A stretch of DNA of 51,822 bases, filler included, from Sphacelaria rigidula (GCA_964200075.2; 3 parts of 3 records of this genome joined end to end with filler, not necessarily neighbours in it), one strand, 5' to 3'. Shown: positions 25,173-36,244, numbered from the whole stretch's first letter. Translations and numbers: made by a program. The notes: a model not told the origin generated them from the sequence alone.

Positions 25173-25478
25173 AGTTGAGTACGATCTTAATACTTCACTC
25201 GAATTTTTAGTGCTAAGTGTACGCTTTTTCAAACTACACAAATGTGGGAAATACCCTACCCAAAACACGCTTGAATATAGTACATGATACAGCTGCAGAT
25301 TAGTAACCACCACAGACGCAACTTGCGCGTATCATTGCGATATGCTCAGGTGTCAAATCACTCAAGATATCTGGGCAGCCTACAAACACAACACCCACAA
25401 CATCAAAATCAATAAAGGGGTATTACAGGTACGCTTCGACTTTGCAGGCAGGGTGGTATCAGACTCCTTTTTGCTCAC

Positions 25479-25618
25479 CCCTCTAAGCGAGCGCGTAGCA
25501 CGGCCTCCGATGCGGACGAGATCTCCGACATCCAAATCTTCTTGTTCCACAGGGTTTTGGCGCTCACCATGAACGACTTCTTGGGGTGCTGGATTAAAAA
25601 CTTCGGTCCCCCCTTGTC
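25479..25618 (-). CDS. Gene A exon 9: PH domain C-terminal part
   Basis: DKGGPKFLIQHPKKSFMVSAKTLWNKKIWMSEISSASEAVLRARLEG (strands plus Trp-containing helix). Acceptor ccctgtAG, donor GG|GTGAGC; phase 0/2. This frame is not in the ORF track. Confidence 0.85.
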
Positions 25619-26343
25619 CTACAGGGTGGGGGGGGGAAAAAATGAAGCGTACAGATGAATAATAATAAGGCCGAGGAAGACGCATGGTTCGGGAGAGAGA
25701 ACGTGAGAGAAGGGCAAAAAGAAGAGAAAATATATGTTTACATATATATATATATACCGGGGAAACAACGCATGGTTCAGGCGTTCGTGTATCACGAAAA
25801 GGAAATCTGCTTCCGTTCCTTTTGTGATTCAACTGACAAATTTTAATGTCTGCGCGCATAATGTTGAAACGCGAGGGGGGGCAAGCGAAAAAAACACAAA
25901 AGTACATTAAAGGGCACAAAAAAGCAAAAAAAAAAAAGGGGGGGGGGGGGAAAAAGACACGGATCAACGGAAATCGAAAAATACTACTCCAAACAACATA
26001 CAAGTACAAGGAAGACACAGCCCTTGTCTATACTCCCCCTACCGAGGATGCTTCCTTTTATATGTACAGTATTGTGTGCGGCATTTTTCAGAAAAAAAAA
26101 AAGTCAACCACAAAAGGATTAATATTATAATTTCCGCATTAGTCCGATCTCGCGCACCCGTGGTCACAGATGTAGGCTCGCCTTTTCAATACCGTTTCCT
26201 GCTATTCCTTACAAGACACATTACCAGAAACAAAAATAAGAAGAGAGACGCCACGAAAACCGGTGATGGAAAGGATAATGAGCCGAAAAGCAGGGCTGCG
26301 CTGTCGGTGCTGTTGTTGATGTTAAATACATGCCACTCTTCAC

Positions 26344-26455
26344 CTCCGCGTCGACGACCTTCACCAGGGCGAGGAGCAGCTGGCCGTGCACCTTGTAATC
26401 CCCTGTAAATGGTTGGTGACTCGCATACACGAGCTGATCGCTAAACAGGAAAAAC
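26344..26455 (-). CDS. Gene A exon 8: PH domain middle
   Basis: (R)FFLFSDQLVYASHQPFTGDYKVHGQLLLALVKVVDAE carries the FLFSD motif typical of DH-associated PH domains. Acceptor ctaaacAG (phase 2), donor GAG|GTGAAG (phase 0). Confidence 0.87.
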
Positions 26456-26731
26456 CTGTTTAGCAGGGGTAGAGGAAAAAGATAGAAACAAAAAAAGAGG
26501 GGGTTGACCAAAGAATTTTGTTTTCCCCCACGATTTCACAACGAAAAATTAACCAACCCGCTGCAGTGCATCACGTACGGCATCTACGACCGAAACACAC
26601 AAGAGTACAGTAGTGTTTACCGCTTGGCAGATATTTTTTACTTGATTTGAGTCAAAACACCGACATTCGGATCTTTCGCACGGCTGACAGCCCCAAATGC
26701 CCCTCGCGTACACCAGGTTGATACGAGGGGA

Positions 26732-26784
26732 GCGTACTCATTCGTTGCTTGCTTTAGTCATTTGATCATTGACCACGCCTCCCT
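26732..26784 (-). mobile_element. LINE family G 3' tip
   Basis: gaggggag-cgtactcattcgttgcttgctttagtcatttgatcattgaccacgcctccct followed by a G-rich tract. Confidence 0.75.
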
Positions 26785-27744
26785 AGTGATAGGGGAAGAG
26801 GGGGTTTAGTGGTTCGACTTCGACGGTGCCTTGATGAGCAAAGCTTTCCGAACACTGGAGGCATCCACCCCACATGACTGCCGCGAGGCGGTCTAGGCGA
26901 GCCTCCGGGTCATCGGCACACGAACCCCTTTGCGCGAGGTTTTTCCCTTCCTTCAAAAGGGAGAAAAAGAATAAGGTGTGACATCGACAACTTCGAGAAA
27001 GCCATCCCCTCATTCATGACTACTCCCACGACGAGGAACGCCCGGTCCGCGAGAAACAGCCTGCTGTATCCTTGTTGATTTCTGAAACTATTTTCCATTT
27101 GCAATATCTCGCCTTCTGGGCCATTTTTAATGGCAATCACATGAATATATATGCCGGACAACTACCTATTTTTGGTCATTATGCGACGTTTGCGCACCCT
27201 GGACAATAGGTTACTTTGTTCAGGGTGTAGTCGTTTCACACCCTCAAAGAGCCTCAAAGAGGGAAAGGCGGATCTTAACACCTTGAAGGGGAAAAAAAAG
27301 ATGGTAGAATTAATAAAAATAGGAATAAATAAATGTAAAAAGTGAAAAAATAATCATATTATACAAAAATTAAAAGAAGTTAAAAAAAAAAATGAATAAG
27401 GGAATAAACGAATAAAAAAAAAAAAACAGTAGGAGGCTGAAGGCACCAACGTACAAAGGGACATACACGGACACCATGAGTGCCCTCAAAAACCACAGAG
27501 AGCTCAACCTTTTGTAACGTCATTCGTTTCCAAGATCAACAAGTTAGTGCCGTTGAATATGGTGTATAACACACATCCCAGTGACCCAACAGTGCTATTG
27601 GCTCCCGTCGGATAAACCACACACACCCTACACTGTACTGCAGATACCACTGTAACGCCTACTACAAAAAGCGAGAGCTCGCCACCCCAAAGCTTTAGTC
27701 ACGGAACAGATGGAGGTGATATACCACGCGTACGGATCCTTCTA

Positions 27745-28088
27745 TTTTTTTTTATTCATTCTCATTTGTCGCACTTTTGAGCCCCTCCCCTTCCTCAGGA
27801 CGAATCCGTTGTGTCAGGGGAGCAGGCCATCTCCCCTCGATACACGGCCTGCATTTTGGTCTCCCGGTTTGGATCATGACTATCAGCACTTCCGCACCGT
27901 GTCAACTCTCGTCAAACAAACTCATTCAACTCCTTTTGTTTACACACGTACTAACGCTCGCTTTCAACGGTAGAAATCAGATATACTTGTTAAAGAAGAA
28001 AAACAACGCATCGGGATTCGAACCCTCGTCCTCTCCACCCGAGTGATGACAGTCGGACCATTTTAATTTTACACCACGGGGGCGCGGC
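27745..28088 (-). mobile_element. tRNA-derived SINE family B
   Basis: Minus-strand head gccgcgcccccgTGGTGTAAAATt...gagGGTTCGAATCCcgatgcg; A-rich tail (plus-strand T-run ~27745); body homologous to 34700-34885 (ggacgaatc...gtcaaacaaactca). Confidence 0.7.
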
Positions 28089-28454
28089 ATTGTACCCCCA
28101 TTATACAGCGAGGGTAGGTGCCGATACATTTTTTTCAGATACATCTGCTCGAGGGACCCTGGAAGACTGGTTACCTCCAGCATTCGAAACTCCGGGTGCA
28201 GGAGTCCCGGTACACTGGATACTTTTCGACGTTGATACTCCTTGTACGCTTGCGTGTACTCGGTACTGCACATACCCTAAATACCCGATCCAGACCATAT
28301 TGCCCTAGTTATGTGCACACGTCTGACAGCTCGTGAGCTACCTGAATATTAGTTTTTAATAGTATACTGATCCGGATCATTAGGTAGTGCGTTTGGCCGC
28401 ATTTTCCTTATTTGCTTCTTACAGCGCTGGAGGCCGATTACGCGGAGTAATGTA

Positions 28455-29011
28455 CAGTAGTGGGCGGTCTAAATATTCATTTTGTGGCATTTTGTGAATT
28501 TTTCGTAACTGGCGATTTTCTTGGGCTCTTTTCGCTTGCCACCGCTCATCACATTGGGGATGTGAAGATATTCGTATCTGCCCCACACTCCGAGAAAGAA
28601 AAAAAACATCTGTATCCAATATTGAATGACTTACGGACTGACCGATCATCGGGGGTCCTGCCACGTTTCAGCCCAGATTCTTATTCTTCGGTATTTTCGG
28701 TGGATTGAGCCTGTCTCAACCAAATTTGTGAAGAAACGTACAGTTTTATTTTCTTGAAATTCCACCTACCTATTTATTGCATTGGAGCCGAAAATCTGTG
28801 TTTCACGGTCAGTAACACCCTCTTGATGAACGGGGTATTTATTCGTATCGCCCGATAACACCACCTAACATTGACTTGGGTATTGTGTTTCGAGGATGAT
28901 CTGTTTTGTTATACCGAAATCTACCGCCGCTAGCAAATTCGAGTTCTATCGAAGAGTAGTACGCGAGGAAAACCCCAAAACCCCCCTGAATAGTTAGACC
29001 GCCCACTACTG
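28455..29011. mobile_element. Tc1/mariner-like MITE (CAGT...ACTG, TA-type flank), copy 1
   Basis: cagtagtgggcggtctaaatattca / tgaatagttagaccgcccactactg; TA on the left, TG on the right; inverted homolog at 36345-36874. Confidence 0.85.
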
Positions 29012-29145
29012 TGAATGTAGTGCTTTGACTTCTCTGACCCAGCTGTCACGTACTTCGTGTCTTTGGATGAGCTATCTGAGAAACCCCTTCGATTAGTTAT
29101 TTTGGGTTGCTCACGAGCTGTCCGAAGTATGATTATGCATCTCGC

Positions 29146-29327
29146 CTGTATGTGGTCCTTCTTCCAGCTCGGTTGAACTTGACCAGATCTCCCTCCTTCA
29201 GGAACCGTCGAGGTGTGCCGTCGAACAGCCAGTTGTGATTACGTATCCTCTTGGCGACCGAGTGCAGCTCTTCCATAAGGTAGCTGTTGTTCACCCGCTC
29301 CTCCAGGGACTGAAACAGGGTGTGAAC
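29146..29327 (-). CDS. Gene A exon 7: DH C-terminal helix/linker and PH start
   Basis: VHTLFQSLEERVNNSYLMEELHSVAKRIRNHNWLFDGTPRRFLKEGDLVKFNRAGRRTTYR; RRFLKEGxLxK is typical of RhoGEF PH domains. Acceptor attcAG; requires a GC donor AG|GCGAGA (phase 2). Confidence 0.85.
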
Positions 29328-30819
29328 CTGAATATCAATAACATCACAACAAAACAGTACACACACAATACGGGTACCGTAAGGGGGAGACAAACAAACA
29401 AACAACAAAGGAGCAAAAGGGTATATGCACCCTGCATGGGAGGAGCCATCCAAGAGTCATGCCATGCTAAGGCTTGCACGAAACATTTCCCGGGGGAACA
29501 CTGTTATTAAAACTAGGAGTATCACAATAGTAGTAGACAGGATTGGAGGGACGCTAACAGGAAAAATGAACGAAAAAGGCTTTAATTTCTAGGGTACACA
29601 CACACATATATATATGGAGATCGACATTTTGGGATGTGCGGAGAGATTTCCTTTCATGACGTGTAACCTAGTGAACGGCTGTTACAGGGGTAGTTCCCGG
29701 GAGTCCCGAAAACCCCCATGTCTGTACAGCCGGATCTGGGACCCCAAGGTAACAGGTATCTTCCCAGCGAACTACTGGCTATCCCTGGGGATCACTTTCG
29801 TCGAGCTTTCTCGAGTGATATACTTGCCTGCACGCCACGACTTACGGTCAATCCTTGACTACATGACACGGAGAAAATCGTCGGCCACCTTCGACGGTTC
29901 CTGCCGTCACCGGTAGCCTCACGACCTCCACATTGCACTTGGCTTTTCTGATTTTCAGATATATACTTGTTGCTGGCCGCTGACTGCGGGCATCTTGCGG
30001 CTCATCCGAGCCATTGTTGAAATCGACCCATGAATGAGTTACATCCATTCATGTATCCACTCGTACTAACAATGCCCCCCCATGAAAGGAGCCCTTATAT
30101 ATATATATATATAAACATCACAGTGACTCGAATGCATTTTGAAACGGAATTATCCCGGATCATTATTTTTGTGTAGATCTCAAGTTTAGGAGGTGCCTCA
30201 ACGAGAAACATCCGGGGCCCAAGTGTGCAACCCTACCGACCGTGGCGTGATAAAAAAAAAAAAGGAGTGAGAAGTGAAAAAAAAAATACAAGACGTACGT
30301 ATCATGTACGGACACGGACACATGCACCAGTAGGTGATGACAGACGGTAGCAGGTACATCTACATGAAAATAGACAGGACTTGAACCATCGAATTTCAGC
30401 GCGCGACAAGCAATCCCCTAACGTGCAACCCACTGAGACATGAGGAGATGAGTAATACCTGACGACAAGACCCTGACGTGTGGGGACCGTTTTAGGCGGA
30501 ATTGAAATCGTGCAACTCCAGGTTGGGAGCGACATGAGGTCGAGGTAATTTTGTGCGGCAAATGAAGGTCTATACAAACCACGTCAGTTGTTTTAATGCG
30601 GTGAAGCAAGTGACTGTAACAATTGACAACGGCTCCTTCTCACTATCCAAAAGAGAAAACCACCCCCGAAAAAATGCGTCATTGGCCCTTCTGCATCGCA
30701 GTTCGCACCAGGGAAAGAGGGCTAGGCGGGCAACGACACCCCGGAATGACTTGCGATGGCTGACCAGACGAGCAATTAGTTGGACACATCATCGAGGTTG
30801 AAAAAATAGGTATGATGTC

Positions 30820-31165
30820 CTCGCGGTCAAAATGAGTTTCAATGCGGTCAACATGGGGTACAATGCGGTCAACATTAGGTACAATACGGTTGATATGAGG
30901 TACAAATGCATCAAAATGAGGTACACTGTTATCAACATGAGGTACAATGAAGTCAATACAATTGCCGATTAAGGTCGACATAAGGTACAATGAAAATTGA
31001 CATGATGTACAAGGAGGTCGACACGTGGTACAACGCGGCCTACATGTGGTACATTGCAGTCGACAAAATGCATGAGGTGCATCGCTGTCAACGTGCATGT
31101 AGAACACAGTCAATATAAGGTACACCACGGTCGACACACACTGGGTACAACGCTGTCGACACCCT
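30820..31165. repeat. Degenerate 21-bp minisatellite (~15 units)
   Basis: caatgcggtcaacatggggta, caatgcggtcaacattaggta, caatacggttgatatgaggta...; gives a spurious VPHVDRI ORF on the minus strand. Confidence 0.8.
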
Positions 31166-31653
31166 TGTACAAGTGGCATGCGGGTATGACGCGCAACGGA
31201 CAGGAAAAGGTTATCAAAATGAACCCTGAAAGATACCTAGAGAAATCGTCATTGTCAACCCTATGCCTCGTGAAGTAGAGCAGCATGTGGAACAAGGCTA
31301 CAAAGCACATGTACAGAAAAAAACGCAAAGTAAGGTACGCAGAGTCCGCAAAAAAGTACACACAACATCCGAACAGCACAGGCGCAGTGAACTCTCCTGC
31401 CGTTCCTTGTCTACTTCATGGACTGAGCTAGGGTGCAAATCTGCGCGACCAAAAATACGGGTACAAAAACAGTCACAGTGAGGTACAGAAGGCAGCAAAA
31501 ATACAAGGTAGACAACATAAGGTACACACGCACGGCACCGCACGAGTATGTCACAGTTGCGCCCGTACACGTTCACGCTTCTCGCAATTTTCCATTCGCT
31601 CAAACTCTTTGACTGTGTCATTTTTTCGCATCATCACTCGACACACTTCACAC

Positions 31654-31783
31654 CTGCGCAATAGATGCCTCCGTCTCGGCCGTCTTCTCCACCCCTTCCA
31701 ATAAAGCAACATCCGCGTGACTCACACTAGGTCCGGCTTCCCCGAATGATATCGCTCCACCTGATGCCCCATTGCTCGTAACG
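31654..31783 (-). CDS. Gene A exon 6
   Basis: VTSNGASGGAISFGEAGPSVSHADVALLEGVEKTAETEASIAQ. Acceptor ttttttttttcgcAG (phase 2) and donor CAG|GTGTGA (phase 0) bridge exons 5 and 7 exactly. Not in the ORF track. Confidence 0.75.
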
Positions 31784-32232
31784 CTGCGAAAAAAAAAAGT
31801 TTTATGCATGAGGGATCACATGTTTGATTATTGATTTACCCCCCAGGGATCAATAGAGTTTACCACTTGGAAGGGTGATAAATTTCTCAAATAGTTCGAC
31901 TCGATTTTAGTGTGAACAGCGAAAATCCGGATCTTTAATGGAGCTATGATCCAAGCGTGCTCCTAGCTTGCGCAGAGCGCGTTTTTGTCGAAATCGGGAA
32001 CGAACCCTCTGCCTATGTAACACTCTCCACCCCCTCGCCCGAGGGTTCTCGGTGTGCCTTCGTTGGGGTTAGGGTTAGGGTTGGGGTTACTGTTAGTGTT
32101 ATAGTTTGTTCGAAGTTATGAGTTTTGTAAACTGACCTCTCAGGGATCCAGCCGTGGTCACATGATAGACGTACCCGAGACAAGACAAAACTGGAACACT
32201 CACGTAGATCATCAAAGTTTAACGGGTGGACC

Positions 32233-32541
32233 GTTTCAGCGCCGACGGCCCCCTGCAAGAGGAACTGACAGTCCCGTGGCGAATGTCGATCTTGTAGACG
32301 GGTAAGATGGTCTAGGACGTCCGTGTGCTAAAAGCAGATTTCACGTATTATATTATTTCGCCAATAGCATTGCAACCAGGTCAACATTGTTTCAGCGCCA
32401 GCGGCCCCCCGCAAGAAGAACTCACAGTCCCATGGAGGATGTCGATATTGTAGACGGGTAAGATGGTCTAGGACCTCCGTGTGCTAATAGCAGATCCCGT
32501 GCGTATTATTCTATGGCCAATAGCATCGCAACCAGGTCAAC
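32233..32541. repeat. 156-bp tandem duplication near telomere-like hexamers (32063-32104)
   Basis: gtttcagcgcc...tgtagacgggtaagatggtctaggac...gcaaccaggtcaac repeated at 32233 and 32389. Confidence 0.85.
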
Positions 32542-33224
32542 TTGGTTGAGAGGGCGGGTTGGGGTTTTTGGGGGCGGTACTTGCACAAGACTCAGCCGCA
32601 GACAAGCGAGGATGGAAACTGGGGTTGTGTGGGAAAGACAAGCTCGTCACCGAGGTCCCATGCGTGTTGCTGGTGTGTGTATGTCGACATGTGTGTTCGT
32701 CTTGCTCAATCGACTGTTAAGGCGGGGGGGGGGGATTCCAAGCGCGTGTGGGGTAAGGTATACCCGATATTGTGATATTTTGAAAAGTGGCACATCACCT
32801 GCCGAAGTCAAGTCACCAATGATTCGTGTGGGCTTTCGAGAGAATATTTCTCCATCTCGATACAACACACACTCCGGAATTTGCTCGGTATTTTTCTAGC
32901 TCGACACTGAAGATCCTCCGGAATACTCGGTATTATTCCCACGGCCGATCACACAGACACTCCGCAATGCTCCGCATTTGTTCTCGGTTGACGATACCAA
33001 ATGCTTCGGAATGCTCGCCATTTTTACGAAGTCGAGAAGACAAGCACAGGTACTCACTCTTCAATGTTCGGCATATTTCCAGCTCGGTACTTCAGGTATA
33101 AGTACCCTCGAATGCCCAGTTTCCCCCCCGGCCGACATGAAAAAAAAACGCTGAGAATTCAAGGTTTCGTGTTCTCAAGCACGGTTCCCCACCCTGAGTA
33201 CCTGCGCGACTCCGATCGCATCAA

Positions 33225-33335
33225 CCCGTCGACCGCCGAAAATCTCCACTGATGCAATCGTCATCATTTTCAATCGTTTTTCAAGTGGAAAATTGATGCT
33301 CATCCCGCAAAAAGAGGCCTCCGGCGGTCGAAGGG
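33225..33335. mobile_element. 111-bp piggyBac-like MITE
   Basis: tcaa|cccgtcgaccgccg...cggcggtcgaaggg|ttaa: CCC/GGG termini with TTAA-type flanks; a related right end cgctgtcgaagggttaa lies at ~43615-43631. Confidence 0.65.
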
Positions 33336-33347
33336 TTAACCGCACTT

Positions 33348-33640
33348 CAAGGGATCGGAAAGTTGACTAGGAAACAGTCCACGGGACGGACAAATGAGTG
33401 ATTCGTCTGGAAATGACTTTGATTTCAATGTGATTGATTCATACCGTATGAATCCATCCTCGTGCTTTGTTTTCAGCGTTGCAACTCAGGTACGCGCAGC
33501 CCAGGCACGTGGAATGGCGCAAAAATTGCGTGGAGACCTTTTTGACGAGCGGTTGACTTTTTTTCTCTCTTTTGAGCAATCAGGCATGAAAAATCGTGAA
33601 TTTGATGATTCGAACCGGCGATGATTCGTCTGAATCGTGA
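33348..33640. repeat. Dispersed repeat; second copy at ~45727-45990
   Basis: Shared caaggg, tgattcgtctg(g/a)aaat, caggtac(g/a)cg, cacgtggaatggcgca, ttgcgtgga and aaatcgt blocks in the same order. Confidence 0.7.
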
Positions 33641-33942
33641 AATAGCCAACAGACAATGGTTGAAGCATCCGAAAAAAGTCAACCGCTCAGTCTCCCCCAA
33701 ACCAAATACATAGTGCGATGACATCCATTATTTCCGAGAGACTTTGCACCGATCACATGTTGTTTTTCTTCTTCTGTTTAGCGCTCCAACCACTCCTCTT
33801 TTGCTGGTTATTTTATTTCTCGACTCCGCTGAGAGATGGACCACGCACCGTTACCATCCCGCCACCTCCCCTCCACTGCACCCAGAGCGAAATCCGCACC
33901 AACCCGCCCATAACCCTTCCCCCACCCAAAAAAAACACGTAC

Positions 33943-34167
33943 CGCGTGGACGTGTTGACACTCCAGCCACTCCTACTAATCGTCCCCCGACTAGCAACCC
34001 CGCCTTGCTCCGGAGTACCCCTAGCCGGGGTCACCGGCCCCGTGCACGAGTTGACAGTGGTAGACGTCGGGGTCGCCGTTCCACCCCCGGTTGCCGGCTT
34101 ATACGGCGTGGACGATGCGGCGTTAACGGCCACTGCGATCCGCTCTTCTTGTCGGCAAGTCAACCGC
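33943..34167 (-). CDS. Gene A exon 5 (Thr/Gly/Ser-rich)
   Basis: RLTCRQEERIAVAVNAASSTPYKP...SVNTSTR. Acceptor aaccacAG, donor CG|GTACGT; 225 nt, phase 2/2; only open frame. Confidence 0.72.
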
Positions 34168-34433
34168 CTGTGGTTTGTTTCAATACGTGGGATAGATGAG
34201 GGGCGCAAAAAGGATAACAGAAGCAATAAGCAAGAGTCGACGCGAGGTTTGTCGCGAAAAATCCATGGTTGGTTTTCCAAATACTTGGTTTCAGCGGCGA
34301 CGCCCCCCTCGGGGGTCTAATAACAATACGACTCAAACCGTTATTAGGCCAGGCAGCTTGACATCAACGAAAACAATAACAGAAGAGGGGGCGGGTGGGG
34401 TGGGGTGTTGCTGGTGTGTCGCGAGGGGGGGGG

Positions 34434-34961
34434 CGTACTCATTTGTTGCTTGCCTTAGTCGTGTGACCATTGCGATGGGGGGGGGGGAGGGGGGCCCATT
34501 ACAGCCATGGTACTCGGNNNNNNNNNNNNNNNNNNNNNNNNNNNNNNNNNNNNNNNNNNNNTTAATTAATTAANNNNNNNNNNNNNNNNNNNNNNNNNNN
34601 NNNNNNNNNNNNNNNNNCCCTCCCCGTCTCGAAAGGGTTGCGTTTTTAATGGTCAAACGACCAAGCCAAGCACCAAAACCGCCCGCCCCCCCCCCCCCCC
34701 TCGTTGGGACGAATCAGTCCGTGGAGTCCATGCATCAACTGTCCTACATCTCTCCCCCGGAACACGCCTTGCAATTTGGTTTCGCGGATTGTATTAGGTC
34801 TCACGCACCGCTTCGACTCTGGTCAAACAAACTCAGTCGAACCTTCTCACGTTTTTAACGGCGGGAACCAGATGTTGACTAATCACTTGTCCCGAGAAGT
34901 GGGGGGGAAGGGTGGAGGCGTACTCATTGTTGCTTGCCTTACTATAGTCGTTTGACGATTG
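34434..34961. mobile_element. Cluster of three LINE family G tips (34434-34472, 34621-34678 inverted, 34919-34961) plus a SINE-B fragment (34700-34885)
   Basis: cgtactcatttgttgcttgccttagtcg motifs, each bordered by G-runs (C-runs for the inverted copy). The cluster spans the assembly gap. Confidence 0.75.
34518..34617. other. Assembly gap/spacer
   Basis: 44 N + TTAATTAATTAA + 44 N. Confidence 0.97.
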
Positions 34962-35133
34962 AAGTGGAGGGGTAGGGAGGGGGGGAGCGAGGAAGCCACA
35001 ATCCCCTCTGTCGCTCCCCCTACCCCGTCAACCTACCCCGCCTCGACCATTTATTCCATCATCCACACCGGTTATACGTGGACCACAACTCACAGCAGGG
35101 AGGCTGCCCCATGCCATCCAAGGATTCTCGCAC

Positions 35134-35272
35134 CCTCCTAGCGTTCTTTAGCTTCTGCGGGCTGGCCTTCTTCACCGGGCTGGAGCCTTCTCTCAGCTCT
35201 AGCGCAAGCTCCAGCACCTCCACAGCGTCTCTGTACTCGTCATTCGGCTTCAATACCAACGCGAATTCATAT
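35134..35272 (-). CDS. Gene A (or separate upstream gene) exon 4
   Basis: (E)YEFALVLKPNDEYRDAVEVLELALELREGSSPVKKASPQKLKNARR. Acceptor ctgccgcAG (phase 2) matches the exon 3 donor; donor AGG|GTGCGA (phase 0) does not match exon 5 (phase 2), implying missing exon(s) in the gap. Confidence 0.75.
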
Positions 35273-35634
35273 CTGCGGCAGCGCAAACCAGAGAAAAAGA
35301 AGGAGGGGCCGAGAGCGGGTCTTACACAAGCAAGCACAGTTTGAAGATGAAATAGTTGAGCCGCAATCTGCTTCCGCAACTTTTTTCGTTTCCATCTCAT
35401 GTACCGCATGGGTGTATGTGTGTGCGTGTTTTGCGCACGATCTTCTTCACCTGATGCCACGCTCCAGGAGAGGCCGGCCCATCTCTTGTGTTACTTCTGT
35501 GATTTTTTATCAGGACCAGCTTTTTTTTTCACCATGAATATTCCTCTCTTTTTCCTTTAATTTCTCCTGGTTTGTTTTGGCTCTTCTTCGATTTGTTTTT
35601 CAGTTGTGAACAGGTTGTTCTAAAATAATTCGGA

Positions 35635-36199
35635 CAGCAGTGGCCCCGATTTTATGCCAACTATTTCATGCTGAATATATTTTATGCCGTTTTTTTTCCA
35701 GGGGACACATTTTCCCTTCTCTTTTATGCCGCTCTCGTATTGTCCTCCCATAAACGGCAAATAATCAAGATTTATGCCAAATCGGCATATTATCGGACCG
35801 ATTTTATGCCGATGCGGGATGTTTTCGGGTCATTTTTGTGCCCAGAGATCATCTAGATATGCGAGCTTGCCGCGAGTGAAGCACGAACACGGCAGCACCC
35901 GAAGTTGTAAGGCATGTCATATGCAGCAGGACAACACTGCAAGGCGCCAGAGCTAACGCCAGGCCCACCTCACTACACACAACATAAGTGCCGCCAGTGT
36001 GGCAAGTACGTCCATGGTATGTGCGGCGTACAAGACCCGAAGAGCAGCAACGAATACCACCGTCTCTGCGGCCGAGAGTGCCTACCTGCGCCCCCCGGTT
36101 ATATGCTGAAACGGCAGGTGAACGATTTTAAGTCATTTCAATTTTATGCCGTTTTGAGGGGGGGGGACACTATCCGGCATAAAACCGGGGCCACTACTG
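35635..36199 (+). mobile_element. Non-autonomous TIR element (CAG(T/C)AGTGGCCCCG) carrying a Cys/His-rich ORF fragment
   Basis: cagcagtggccccgattttatgcc / ggcataaaaccggggccactactg-ta; repeated tttatgcc motifs; internal MSYAAGQHCKAP...HKCRQCGKYVHGMCG...HRLCGREC. Confidence 0.75.
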
Positions 36200-36244
36200 T
36201 ATCTTGTTTCCTCGCCTCACATTTTCCTATTGGTGATGAGCTAT

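Noticed and set aside
25380-26018. 212-aa minus ORF overlapping exon 9
   Set aside because: Wrong frame; the frame giving PH motifs and matching splice phases is different.
30820-31165. CRISPR-like periodicity and VPHVDRI repeat ORF (also arrays at 6775-6960 and 20880-21150)
   Set aside because: Contiguous degenerate tandem units without unique spacers, no cas genes, eukaryotic intronic or TE context.
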